From: an uncultured Thermoanaerobaculia bacterium
Lineage (GTDB): Bacteria; Acidobacteriota; Thermoanaerobaculia; Thermoanaerobaculales; Sulfomarinibacteraceae
Length of the DNA: 64,000 bases
Direction: 5' to 3'
NCBI GenBank assembly: GCA_964565045.1
Contig: CAZMED010000001.1
Location: 169-64,168, forward strand
Shown here: piece after piece, positions 1 to 8,315 of the stretch
How positions within the stretch are numbered: the stretch's first letter is position 1
Layout: each line of letters opens with the position of its first letter
The notes under the pieces: model-generated
Database searches by the model: none
The model's input: the letters and a program-made list of their open reading frames with translations, nothing else
What the model was told of the DNA's origin: nothing
Made by a program: the position numbers and the translations under genes

Positions 1-1389
1 GAACGGGCCCTGCAGGTAGTGCGAGACCGTCGGGTGGACGGTGAGCGAGATCTGCTGGCCGACGTCCGCGGCTGCCGCCGCCAGCAGCTCGCGCCGGATC
101 TCCAGGCAGATGGTCGGCAGGGCCTTGATGCGGCCGGAGCCGCGACAGTATGGACACTCGCGGCTGAGGGTGCGCTCGAGGCTGGGCCGCGTGCGCTTGC
201 GGGTCAGCTGCACGAGGCCGATCTCGCTCATCGGCAGGAGCTGGGTGCGCGCCGGGTCGCGCTGGAGCTCCTCGGCGAGGGCCTCGTAGACCCGGCGGCG
301 GTGGTCCGGGTCCTCCATGTCGATGAAATCGATGACGATGATGCCTCCGAGGTCCCGCAGGCGCAGCTGGCGGACGATCTCCACCGCCGCCTCGACGTTG
401 AGCGTGAACACCGTCTCCTCGAGCGACTGCTTGCCCACGAACTTCCCGGTGTTGACGTCGATCGTGACCAACGCTTCGGTCTGATTGATGACCAGCGAGC
501 CGCCCGACTTCAGCCACACCTTGGGGTTGAGGGCCTTCTCGAGCTCCCGGTCGATCCCGAAGGAGCTCATCAGGTCGGTCGCCTGGCGGTAGAGCTTCAC
601 CCGCTCCACCAGGCCCGGTTCGGTCTGCTCGAGAAAGTCCAGCACCTCCTGGAAGCTCTCCTCGTCGTCGATCCACACCTCGGACACCTGGTGGGTGTAC
701 ATGTCGCGCACCGAGCGCAGGACCGGGCTGAGCTCGGGGTGGACGAGGGTCGGCGCCCGAGCGCAGTCCGCCGCGTCCTGCACCCGGTGCCACAGCTGCA
801 GGAGGTAGTTCCGGTCTGCCTCCAGCTCGTGCCGGCCCTGGTCTTCGCCGGCCGTGCGGACGATCCAGCCCCCGGAGCCGTCGAAGGCCTCCACCAGCTC
901 CTTGAGCCTGGCACGCTCCCCGGGATTCGCGATCCGGCGCGAGATGCCCACCTGGCGCACGTTCGGGAGGTACACGAGGAAGCGGCCGGGGAGACTGATG
1001 TGGGTCGTCAGCCGGGCGCCCTTGGTGCCGATGGGGTCCTTGACGACCTGCACCAGGATCTCCTGCCCGGGCCGCAGGAGGTCGGAGATGTCCGAGCCCG
1101 ACGGGTCGGGCAGCAGGCTTTCGTCCTCATCGGTGAGGAAGATGTCGGTGAAGTCGTCGAGGATCCCGCCCGCCTCGCGGACGTAGAGGAATGCGTTGCG
1201 CTGCAGGCCGATGTCGACGAAGGCCGCCTGCATGCCGGGCAGGACCCTCGTCACGCGGCCCTTATAGAGGTTGCCGACCACCGAGCTCGCGCGATGACGT
1301 TCCGCCCGATAGGACACCAGGCGGGAGTTCTCCTGCAGCGCGACCCGGGTCTCGAATGGATTCACCGACAGGAAGAGGACGGTGCCCAT
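1..1389 (-). CDS. rng: Ribonuclease G/E-family endoribonuclease; C-terminus cut by window edge
   Basis: My own minus-strand translation from the ATG (complement of 1387-1389) reads MGTVLFLSVNPFETRVALQEN... It has the S1 motif VGNLYKGRVTRVLPGMQAAFVDIG, the catalytic-core motif TIDVNTGKF, and a Zn-link CPYCRGSGRIK near nt 130-160. It is absent from the ORF track because it is open at the edge. Its start overlaps the rodA stop (ATGA). Confidence 0.9.
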   Translation of the reverse strand, partial: MGTVLFLSVNPFETRVALQENSRLVSYRAERHRASSVVGNLYKGRVTRVLPGMQAAFVDIGLQRNAFLYVREAGGILDDFTDIFLTDEDESLLPDPSGSDISDLLRPGQEILVQVVKDPIGTKGARLTTHISLPGRFLVYLPNVRQVGISRRIANPGERARLKELVEAFDGSGGWIVRTAGEDQGRHELEADRNYLLQLWHRVQDAADCARAPTLVHPELSPVLRSVRDMYTHQVSEVWIDDEESFQEVLDFLEQTEPGLVERVKLYRQATDLMSSFGIDRELEKALNPKVWLKSGGSLVINQTEALVTIDVNTGKFVGKQSLEETVFTLNVEAAVEIVRQLRLRDLGGIIVIDFIDMEDPDHRRRVYEALAEELQRDPARTQLLPMSEIGLVQLTRKRTRPSLERTLSRECPYCRGSGRIKALPTICLEIRRELLAAAAADVGQQISLTVHPTVSHYLQGPF

Positions 1390-2465
1390 CACTGGTTCAC
1401 GAGCCGCTGGCGGAACACGGCCTGGACGATGCCGAGGGCTGCACACGTCGAGATCAGGGAGGAGCCGCCGTACGAGAACAGCGGCAGGGTGACGCCCGTG
1501 GTCGGAAGCCAACCCAGGACCATGCCGAGGTTGATGACGAGCTGGAAGACCAGCCAGGCGACGACCAGAACCGCGAGGATCGTGCCGTGCCGGCTGGCGG
1601 CGCCCAGAGCGGCGGCGCCGATCCGCCCCAGCAGCAGGGCGTAGGCGAGGAGGAGAACGGTGGTGCCGATGAAGCCGGTCGCCTCAGCCCATACCGCGAA
1701 CGCGAAGTCGGTGTGCTGGGCAGGCAGGAATCGCAGCTGCGACTGCGTGCCGGAACCCAAACCCTGGCCGGCCACGCCCCCCGATCCGACCGCGATCTTC
1801 GACTGCCGAACCTGGTAGCCGGCGCCGAAGGGATCGCGGCCCGGCTCGAGGACGGTGAGAACCCGCTCCTTCTGATAGGGCTTGAGGAGATACTGCCAGG
1901 TGGTGTAGGCGCCGAGCATGGCGAGAACGATCAGGATCAGCCACACCATCCGCGGCAGCCCGCCCAGCCACAACGCCGCCGCCAGCACGGGCAGGAAGGT
2001 CAGCGCCACCCCGAGATCCGGCTCGAGCGCGATCAGGATCACCGGCGCGCCGACCATCGCCGTCACGGCTGCGACCTCGCGGATCTTGAGCCGGGGATCG
2101 CTGCGCTGGGCGAGCCAGGCCGCGACCATGAGGATCGTCGTGACGCGCGCGAACTCGCTCGGCTGCACCGAGACCGGCCCGACGGCGATCCAAGCCCGGT
2201 TCCCGCCGCGCGAAACGCCGAACACCAGAACCGCCACCAGCGCCAGCAGCCCGGCCCCGTAGAGGATCGGTGCGACCCTCTCGTAGACGTCGAGGCGGAT
2301 GCCCGACAGCAGCCACAGGATGAGCAGCCCGGCGGCGCCCCACGCCGCCTGGCGAAGCAGGAGATTGCCGCCGACCACCCACGACAGGGTGTGCAGGGTC
2401 GGCAGGGACGCACCGAGGATCCCGACCACGGCGAGAATCAGCCACGGATCGATGCGGTGTTCCAC
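1389..2465 (-). CDS. rodA: Peptidoglycan glycosyltransferase RodA (FtsW/RodA/SpoVE family)
   Basis: 358-aa polytopic membrane ORF with the SEDS-type motif LPAQHTDFAFAVWAEATGFIG. It lies immediately downstream of the PBP2 gene. Confidence 0.9.
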   Translation of the reverse strand: MEHRIDPWLILAVVGILGASLPTLHTLSWVVGGNLLLRQAAWGAAGLLILWLLSGIRLDVYERVAPILYGAGLLALVAVLVFGVSRGGNRAWIAVGPVSVQPSEFARVTTILMVAAWLAQRSDPRLKIREVAAVTAMVGAPVILIALEPDLGVALTFLPVLAAALWLGGLPRMVWLILIVLAMLGAYTTWQYLLKPYQKERVLTVLEPGRDPFGAGYQVRQSKIAVGSGGVAGQGLGSGTQSQLRFLPAQHTDFAFAVWAEATGFIGTTVLLLAYALLLGRIGAAALGAASRHGTILAVLVVAWLVFQLVINLGMVLGWLPTTGVTLPLFSYGGSSLISTCAALGIVQAVFRQRLVNQ

Positions 2466-2474
2466 GGGCCGATT

Positions 2475-4259
2475 CTACCCGCGCGGCGGCGCGGCCGCGA
2501 TCGCCTCGCCCGCACTGAGATGGGCCTCGATCACGCGGCCCGCCACCGGGGCGGCGGCGGCCCCGCCGTCGCCTCCGTGCTCGACGATCACCGCCACCAC
2601 CAACTCCGGGTCCTCGAGCGGCGCCCAACCGACGAAGAGCGCGTGGTGGCGCAGGTGCGGCGCCAGGTCGGCCGCCGCCACCCCCTCCTGGAGGCGGGCC
2701 ACCTGAGAGGTGCCGGTCTTGCCGGCGACGGGCAGCCCGGCCAGGCGCCGGGCGGTGCCGTGGGCGCCCTGGACCACCCGTGCGAGGGCGCTGTTGACGA
2801 CCTCGAGGTGGCGTCGGTCGAGCTCGAGCGGAGCCTCCGGTTCGCGGCGGGGCGCGGCCAGGTAGGGCCGCACCGAGCGGCCGTGATTGGCGAGGATCGC
2901 GTAGGCGTAGGCCAGTTGGACCACCGTCGCCAGCACCGGTCCCTGGCCGATAGACACCGAGACCGCCTCGCCTGCGTACCACGCGGTCTTGCGCACGCGG
3001 CGGCTCCATTCGGGCGTGCCGATCAACCCGCTGGCTTCGAAGGCGAGGTCGAGCCCGGTCGCACGGCCGAAGCCGAAGCGGTGCAGCCATTCGGCCATGC
3101 CGTCGATGCCGAGACGTTGGCCGAGGAGGTAGTAGTAGACGTCGCACGACTCCTCGAGCGAGCGCTCGAGATCGACGAAGCCGTGACCGCCCCGCCGCCA
3201 GCACCTGAAGCGATGGCCGTGAAGCACCACCGATCCGTTGCAGTAGACCGTGTTGTCGGGGGTCACGAGGCTTTCGCTGAGGCCGGCGATCGCGAGGAAG
3301 GGCTTGATGGTCGAGCCCGGCGGGTACATGCCTTGCAGGCAGCGGTTCTGCAGCGGATGGCCGGGATCGTCCTGGAGCCGCATCCAGTCCTCGCGGCTCA
3401 GGCGACCGCTGAAGACCGCCGGATCGAAGCTCGGCGAGGAGTACAGCACCCGCACCGCCCCGTTGCGTGGGTCGATGGCGACCACGGCGCCCGCCCGCTC
3501 CCCGAGCGCGTCGGCGGCCACGCGCTGCAGCTCGATGTCGAGGGTCAGGCCGAGATCGTGGCCGGGCACCGGCTCCACCTCGCGCACCACGCCGAGCTGG
3601 CGCCCGACGGCCGACACCATCATCCAGCGCTCGCCGAAACGGCCGGAGATGAACTCGTCCTCGGACGCCTCGATACCGGTGGCCCCGATCATCGCGTCGG
3701 GCTCGAGACTGGGATCGTCTGCAATCTGCTGCTTCGAGACCGGGCGCAGGTGGCCGACCACGTGCGCCGTCAGCTCGCCGTAGGGGTAGTGCCTTCGGGA
3801 GCGGCTGACCACGGAGAGCTCGGGGAAGTCGCTCTGGCGGGCCCTGATCGCCGCGACCTGATTCCAGCTCAGGTTCTCGCCGACCACCACCGGCGCCATC
3901 CGGCTGACGCGACGTTCGGCGAGGATCTTGCGGAACATCGACGCCTCGCTGATGCCCTGGCGCGCCAGGAACAGGGCGGTCTCGTCGATGCTGCGCGCGT
4001 CCTCCGGGTACAGCAGCACCTCCCAGGTGGGCAGATTCTCGGCCAGTACCCGGCCGCGGCGGTCGTAGATCGAGCCCCTGGGCCCGGGCAGCGGCAGCCT
4101 GCGCAGGCGGTTGTTCTCGGCCAGGTCCCGCCACTGGAGGCCGTGCACCAGCTGCAGGTCGACGAGACGGAGATGGAGCAGCCCGAGCGCCGCGAACACG
4201 AGCACGAAGAGGGTCACGGCCCGGCGCCGCAGGGGAGCGGAGTCCTCGCGCAGCTCCAT
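2475..4259 (-). CDS. mrdA: Penicillin-binding protein 2 (elongasome transpeptidase)
   Basis: N-terminal TM anchor, SxxK motif GSTIKPF and KTG motif AGKTGTSQ. I chose the start at MELRED (ATG complement 4257-4259), 4 nt after the mreD stop; the track ORF extends to 4340. Confidence 0.9.
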   Translation of the reverse strand: MELREDSAPLRRRAVTLFVLVFAALGLLHLRLVDLQLVHGLQWRDLAENNRLRRLPLPGPRGSIYDRRGRVLAENLPTWEVLLYPEDARSIDETALFLARQGISEASMFRKILAERRVSRMAPVVVGENLSWNQVAAIRARQSDFPELSVVSRSRRHYPYGELTAHVVGHLRPVSKQQIADDPSLEPDAMIGATGIEASEDEFISGRFGERWMMVSAVGRQLGVVREVEPVPGHDLGLTLDIELQRVAADALGERAGAVVAIDPRNGAVRVLYSSPSFDPAVFSGRLSREDWMRLQDDPGHPLQNRCLQGMYPPGSTIKPFLAIAGLSESLVTPDNTVYCNGSVVLHGHRFRCWRRGGHGFVDLERSLEESCDVYYYLLGQRLGIDGMAEWLHRFGFGRATGLDLAFEASGLIGTPEWSRRVRKTAWYAGEAVSVSIGQGPVLATVVQLAYAYAILANHGRSVRPYLAAPRREPEAPLELDRRHLEVVNSALARVVQGAHGTARRLAGLPVAGKTGTSQVARLQEGVAAADLAPHLRHHALFVGWAPLEDPELVVAVIVEHGGDGGAAAAPVAGRVIEAHLSAGEAIAAAPPRG

Positions 4260-4263
4260 GGCC

Positions 4264-4764
4264 TCAGCGGAGCCTTCGCGCGCGGTAGGTGCGCCACATC
4301 TTGGGGGGGTCGAGAGCGAGGACCATTCCGACGACGCCACAGAAGGCCCCGCTCAGCAGCGCGGTTCGGATCAACTCCAGCGGATCGATGGCCGCGCTCA
4401 GGCCGAGCGGCGCCAGGGCGAGACGATGGACGGCCAGGATCAGCGCGGCCCCGACCGCTCCGAAACCCGCCCACGCCTTGGGCGAGCGGTCGGCCACGAC
4501 CGCAGCGAGACCATCGAGGGCGAGGGCGGCCGCACTCCAGGCGATGCCGCCGGGGCCGACAACCGGCTCGAAGAGCAGGTCCCAGGCGAGGCCGATGAGC
4601 AGGGCCTCGGTGGGCCACGCCCGCTCGCTGCGGCGTAGCGCCAGGGCGACCAGCCACACCACCGGCAGCAGCACGTCACCGGTCCACACCGGAAGCCCGG
4701 GCATGCCCAGCATGCGCTGCACCAGCAGCGTCAGCACCACCGCGAGGACGAAACCGGTCCTCAT
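4264..4764 (-). CDS. mreD: Rod shape-determining protein MreD
   Basis: Small, very hydrophobic protein between mreC and mrdA. The start at MRTGF overlaps the mreC stop (ATGA). The call rests mainly on position and hydrophobicity. Confidence 0.75.
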   Translation of the reverse strand: MRTGFVLAVVLTLLVQRMLGMPGLPVWTGDVLLPVVWLVALALRRSERAWPTEALLIGLAWDLLFEPVVGPGGIAWSAAALALDGLAAVVADRSPKAWAGFGAVGAALILAVHRLALAPLGLSAAIDPLELIRTALLSGAFCGVVGMVLALDPPKMWRTYRARRLR

Positions 4765-5651
4765 GACGGGGGGCCGTCGCCGCGCGGCGACCACTCGGGC
4801 ATCAACATGACCACCCGGACGACCAGGAGCTCGGCGGTCGGCGCCGCGGTGATCTCGAGGAAGGGGTCGTTGGTCTCCCGGATCCGGCTCACGCGGGCGA
4901 TCGGAATGCCGGGAGGGAAGATCCCGTCGCCGCCGCTCGTCAGCAGCACGCTGCCGCGCTCGAGCATCGCCTGGCGGGGGACGTAGGCGACCGTCAAGGC
5001 CTCCGCGCCTCCTCCGAGCACGAGCCCCTGCACGGCGTCGTCGGCCGAGCGGACCGCGGCCGCGGCAGCAGGGTGGGTGATGAGCTGCAGCCAGTGGCGC
5101 CTGCCGTCGCTGCGCACGACCCGGCCGACCAACCCACCCGCCGTGACCGCCGGCGCATCGCGACGGATGGTGAGGGGTTCGGCGGTGCGAACCTCCATGG
5201 TGCCGGCGCCGAGGTCCCGGTAGGCGCAGCGGGCGGCAACGGACCCGGTCGTGAACTGGGCGGCCTCCGCGGCCAACCTGATGGTTTCGCGCTGTGCTGC
5301 CAGGTCCTCCTCGAGGAGGATGTCTCTCGCCCGCAGCCTGTCGAGCTCGAGCTGCAGCTGTCGATTGACCACGATGACCCGCCGGAGGTCGGAAACGCCG
5401 AGGCTGAGGTCGACGGCGAAGTCATGACCCTGCTCGGCCACCCAGATCACGGGCTCGGCCACCCCACGCAGCCACGACATGAGCAGTGGCGAACCGTCGG
5501 CGGTCCGCACCTGCCAGGCGGCGAGGATCTCGAGAGCACTCCAGATCAGCAGTGTCCGGACCAGCGCGGCCTTCGCCCCGGTCACGGCCGAGACCTCGTC
5601 GGGCGCCTGCCGGAGCGCGGCATCGGGCGGGGCGGGTCGGGGTAGCGGCAC
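4761..5651 (-). CDS. mreC: Rod shape-determining protein MreC
   Basis: N-terminal anchor, a coiled-coil (QLQLELDRLRARDILLEEDLAAQRE), and the MreC beta-domain motifs GGLVGRVV and TSGGDGIFPPGIPIARV. It lies downstream of mreB. Confidence 0.85.
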   Translation of the reverse strand: MPLPRPAPPDAALRQAPDEVSAVTGAKAALVRTLLIWSALEILAAWQVRTADGSPLLMSWLRGVAEPVIWVAEQGHDFAVDLSLGVSDLRRVIVVNRQLQLELDRLRARDILLEEDLAAQRETIRLAAEAAQFTTGSVAARCAYRDLGAGTMEVRTAEPLTIRRDAPAVTAGGLVGRVVRSDGRRHWLQLITHPAAAAAVRSADDAVQGLVLGGGAEALTVAYVPRQAMLERGSVLLTSGGDGIFPPGIPIARVSRIRETNDPFLEITAAPTAELLVVRVVMLMPEWSPRGDGPPS

Positions 5652-5680
5652 ACCCCGTCATCATAACGTGCGGACGCGGC

Positions 5681-6706
5681 TCAGGCGATGGCGATCTTGC
5701 GCAGAAGATCGATGTTGGTGAGCATCATGCCGGTCCCCCGCACCACCGCCGAACCCGGTTCCTCGCAGTGGGCGACCGGCAGGCCGGTCTCCTCGCGTAA
5801 ACGTTTGTCCAGGTTCTTCAGCAGCGAGCCGCCGCCGGCGAGGATGATTCCCTTGTCGATGATGTCGGCGGAGAGCTCGGGAGGCGTCTGCTCGAGAGCG
5901 TTGCGAACCGCGTCCACGATGGTCGACACGATCTCGGTCAATGCTTCGCGGATCTCCTCGTCGGTGATGGTGAGGTTCTTCGGCACGCCTTCCACGAGAT
6001 CGCGGCCCTTGACCTCCATCGACAGCGGCTCGTCGAGCGGATAGGCGGAGCCGATCTGGATCTTGATCTGCTCCGCGGTCCTCTCGCCGAGCAGCAGGTT
6101 GTACTTCTTCTTCAGGTAGTGGATGATCGCCTCGTCCATCTCGTTGCCCGCGATCCGCACCGAGCGTGAGTACACGACACCGGCGAGCGAGATCACCGCC
6201 ACGTCCGAGGTTCCGCCGCCGATATCGACGATCATGTTGCCGGACGGCTCGGTGATCGGCAGGCCGGCGCCGATGGCCGCGGCGGTCGCCTGCTCGATGA
6301 GGTAGACCTCGCTCGCGCCCGCCTTCAGGGCGGTGTCGCGGACGGCCCGCTTCTCGACCTGGGTGATCTCGGACGGCACCGAGATGATGATCCGCGGCCG
6401 CACGAGGAAGGACCGCCCGTGGGCCTTCCGGATGAAGTGCTCGAGCATCTTCTCGGTCACCTCGAAATCGGCGATCACGCCGTCCTTCATGGGCCGGATC
6501 GCCTGGATATTCGACGGCGTCTTGCCGAGCATCTCCTTGGCCTTGGCGCCGACCGCCTCGACCCGGTTGGTGACGCGGTTGACGGCCACGATCGACGGCT
6601 CGACGACGGCGATGCCGCGGCCGCGGACGTAGACCAGGGTGTTGGCGGTCCCCAGGTCGATGGCGAGATCGGACGAGAACAGCCCGAGCAGGCTGGAAAG
6701 GCTCAT
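5681..6706 (-). CDS. mreB: Actin-like rod-shape protein MreB
   Basis: MSLSSLLGLFSSDLAIDLGTANTLVYV... with IVDIGGGTSDVAVISL actin-fold motifs; 341 aa. A GGAGG lies upstream. The longer 506-aa track ORF is an Arg-rich upstream extension and was rejected. Confidence 0.95.
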   Translation of the reverse strand: MSLSSLLGLFSSDLAIDLGTANTLVYVRGRGIAVVEPSIVAVNRVTNRVEAVGAKAKEMLGKTPSNIQAIRPMKDGVIADFEVTEKMLEHFIRKAHGRSFLVRPRIIISVPSEITQVEKRAVRDTALKAGASEVYLIEQATAAAIGAGLPITEPSGNMIVDIGGGTSDVAVISLAGVVYSRSVRIAGNEMDEAIIHYLKKKYNLLLGERTAEQIKIQIGSAYPLDEPLSMEVKGRDLVEGVPKNLTITDEEIREALTEIVSTIVDAVRNALEQTPPELSADIIDKGIILAGGGSLLKNLDKRLREETGLPVAHCEEPGSAVVRGTGMMLTNIDLLRKIAIA

Positions 6707-8070
6707 CAATAGACCTCCACGAACACGCGTTGCCGACGCTCCACACGGTTTCCCGAGGGGTCGGTGGCGACGACCAGGATGTCGTTCCAGCCCGCCTTCG
6801 AAATCTCGACGGTCTTGCGGAAGAAACCGCCGACCCCCATCTCGACCAGCTCGCCGTTGACGGTCACCGTGGCGCTGGTCTCGCTCGTGCCCTCGATGAT
6901 GAACATGTGGCCGAGTTGCTGCGCCGGCTTCAGAACCAGCTCGGGCGGCGTCGTGTCCTTGATCACCTGCTCGCTCGGGGTCGAGAAGACGCGAAACCGC
7001 CGCACCGTGCTCCACTCCGACGACGGCGAGTCGCCGTCCCGGCACGCGACCCTCCAGAAGTAGGTCCCGGGCGCGACCAGCTTCAAGCGCACGGCGTCCC
7101 GTGCGAGGTCGGGGGCGTCGACATCGAGCAGCGAAGCCTCGAAGCTCTTGGCGCGGCCGACCTGGAGGTGAACGGTCCCCCGCTCGGGCCGCCCGCGCCA
7201 CGAGAGCTCGACCTCCTGGCGTTTGCCGACGTCGAACCCGAGGTTGTTCTGCGGCGCCAGCGGCAGCGGCGCCGGCGGGATGTCCTGCTTGTCGGCCATG
7301 GCGCCGACAGAGTTGGCCGCGACCGCCTCGAGCTCCTGGATCACGACCTCGTCGCCGCGGGTGTTGCGCACCCGCGCCGAGCCCTGGAACGCCGACACGG
7401 TCGTGCCCTTGTCGTCGGGCGCGACATCGACCGCGACGCGGCTGTCACGATCGATCTCGGTCTCCACCGAGTCCGTCGTGACGGTGGACGGGGTTCCCGA
7501 GGTGTAGACGTTGATCTTTCCCACCACCATCTTGACCGAGCGCGGCGCGCCGCGGCTCGACTCCTGGTGGATCTCCAGCAGGGAGTTCGCAGCCACCCGA
7601 TACAGGCTGCCGTCGGCAAAGAGAATCTCGGCGTCGCCGTCCCGACCGGTGCGGACGAAGTCCCCGTTGAACACCGGTTGCTGCTGGCGGGCATCCTCCC
7701 AGGCCGATTGCCCGGCGCGCTGGATCTCGACCCGGCCCTCGAGACTGAAGAACTGCCCCGCGCCCACGAGCTCGCGCCCGCTCGCCCCCGCCAGGGCCTC
7801 GAAGCGCCTCCGCGCGCTGTCGGCCAGCGACGAGGCCTCCGGAAACTTGCCGTTGACGAAGGCGTTGCGCGCGGCATCGAGCTGCTGCGCGGCGTTGCGC
7901 AGCTCGCCGCGCCACTGCACCGGCAGCGGCTGCGCCTCGGCCTCGGCGTAGGCCGCCGCAGCGCGGTCGATGTCGTGCTGGGCGCGGGTCTGCGGCGAGA
8001 CGTTGAGGCTCTTGTACGCGAAGAACACCAGGCTGGCGGCGACCAGACCCACCACGCACACCGCGACCAT
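6706..8070 (-). CDS. FecR-domain membrane protein with C-terminal Ig/FN3-like domains
   Basis: TM helix MVAVCVVGLVAASLVFFAY and a FecR-type segment VFNGDFVRTGRDGDAEILFADGSLYRVAANSLLEI. The C-terminus is beta-rich (FYWRVACRDG..., TVTVNGELVEM...). Its stop overlaps the mreB ATG (TGATG). The start is uncertain; the track ORF runs to 8295. Confidence 0.7.
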   Translation of the reverse strand: MVAVCVVGLVAASLVFFAYKSLNVSPQTRAQHDIDRAAAAYAEAEAQPLPVQWRGELRNAAQQLDAARNAFVNGKFPEASSLADSARRRFEALAGASGRELVGAGQFFSLEGRVEIQRAGQSAWEDARQQQPVFNGDFVRTGRDGDAEILFADGSLYRVAANSLLEIHQESSRGAPRSVKMVVGKINVYTSGTPSTVTTDSVETEIDRDSRVAVDVAPDDKGTTVSAFQGSARVRNTRGDEVVIQELEAVAANSVGAMADKQDIPPAPLPLAPQNNLGFDVGKRQEVELSWRGRPERGTVHLQVGRAKSFEASLLDVDAPDLARDAVRLKLVAPGTYFWRVACRDGDSPSSEWSTVRRFRVFSTPSEQVIKDTTPPELVLKPAQQLGHMFIIEGTSETSATVTVNGELVEMGVGGFFRKTVEISKAGWNDILVVATDPSGNRVERRQRVFVEVY

Positions 8071-8315
8071 GGTGCGCAGCGGCTGCACACGGATCACTAC
8101 CCAGTCGAGCTCCAAACCACGTGCCACCGCCGCTCGTCCTCCAAAAAACACCGTAACACGGGCCTTTTCAAGCGGCAAGCAGCCTCGTCCGGGGGGCCTC
8201 GGGCGGCGCGTCCCGCCACTCGAGAAGGGCGGCGCCGGACTCCCACGTCGCTTGCGCCACCAACCGCGCTTCGGTACACTTCGCTGTCCCGACATCGGGG
8301 CGGGTGGAGGACCGG

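Noticed and set aside
1191-4598. A 1135-aa plus-strand ORF (and the 816-aa minus ORF 1684-4134) spanning rodA/mrdA
   Set aside because: The translations are Arg/Gly/Pro/Ala-rich low-complexity sequence typical of off-frame or antisense reading in ~70% GC DNA. The alternative minus frames encode textbook RodA and PBP2 with catalytic motifs.
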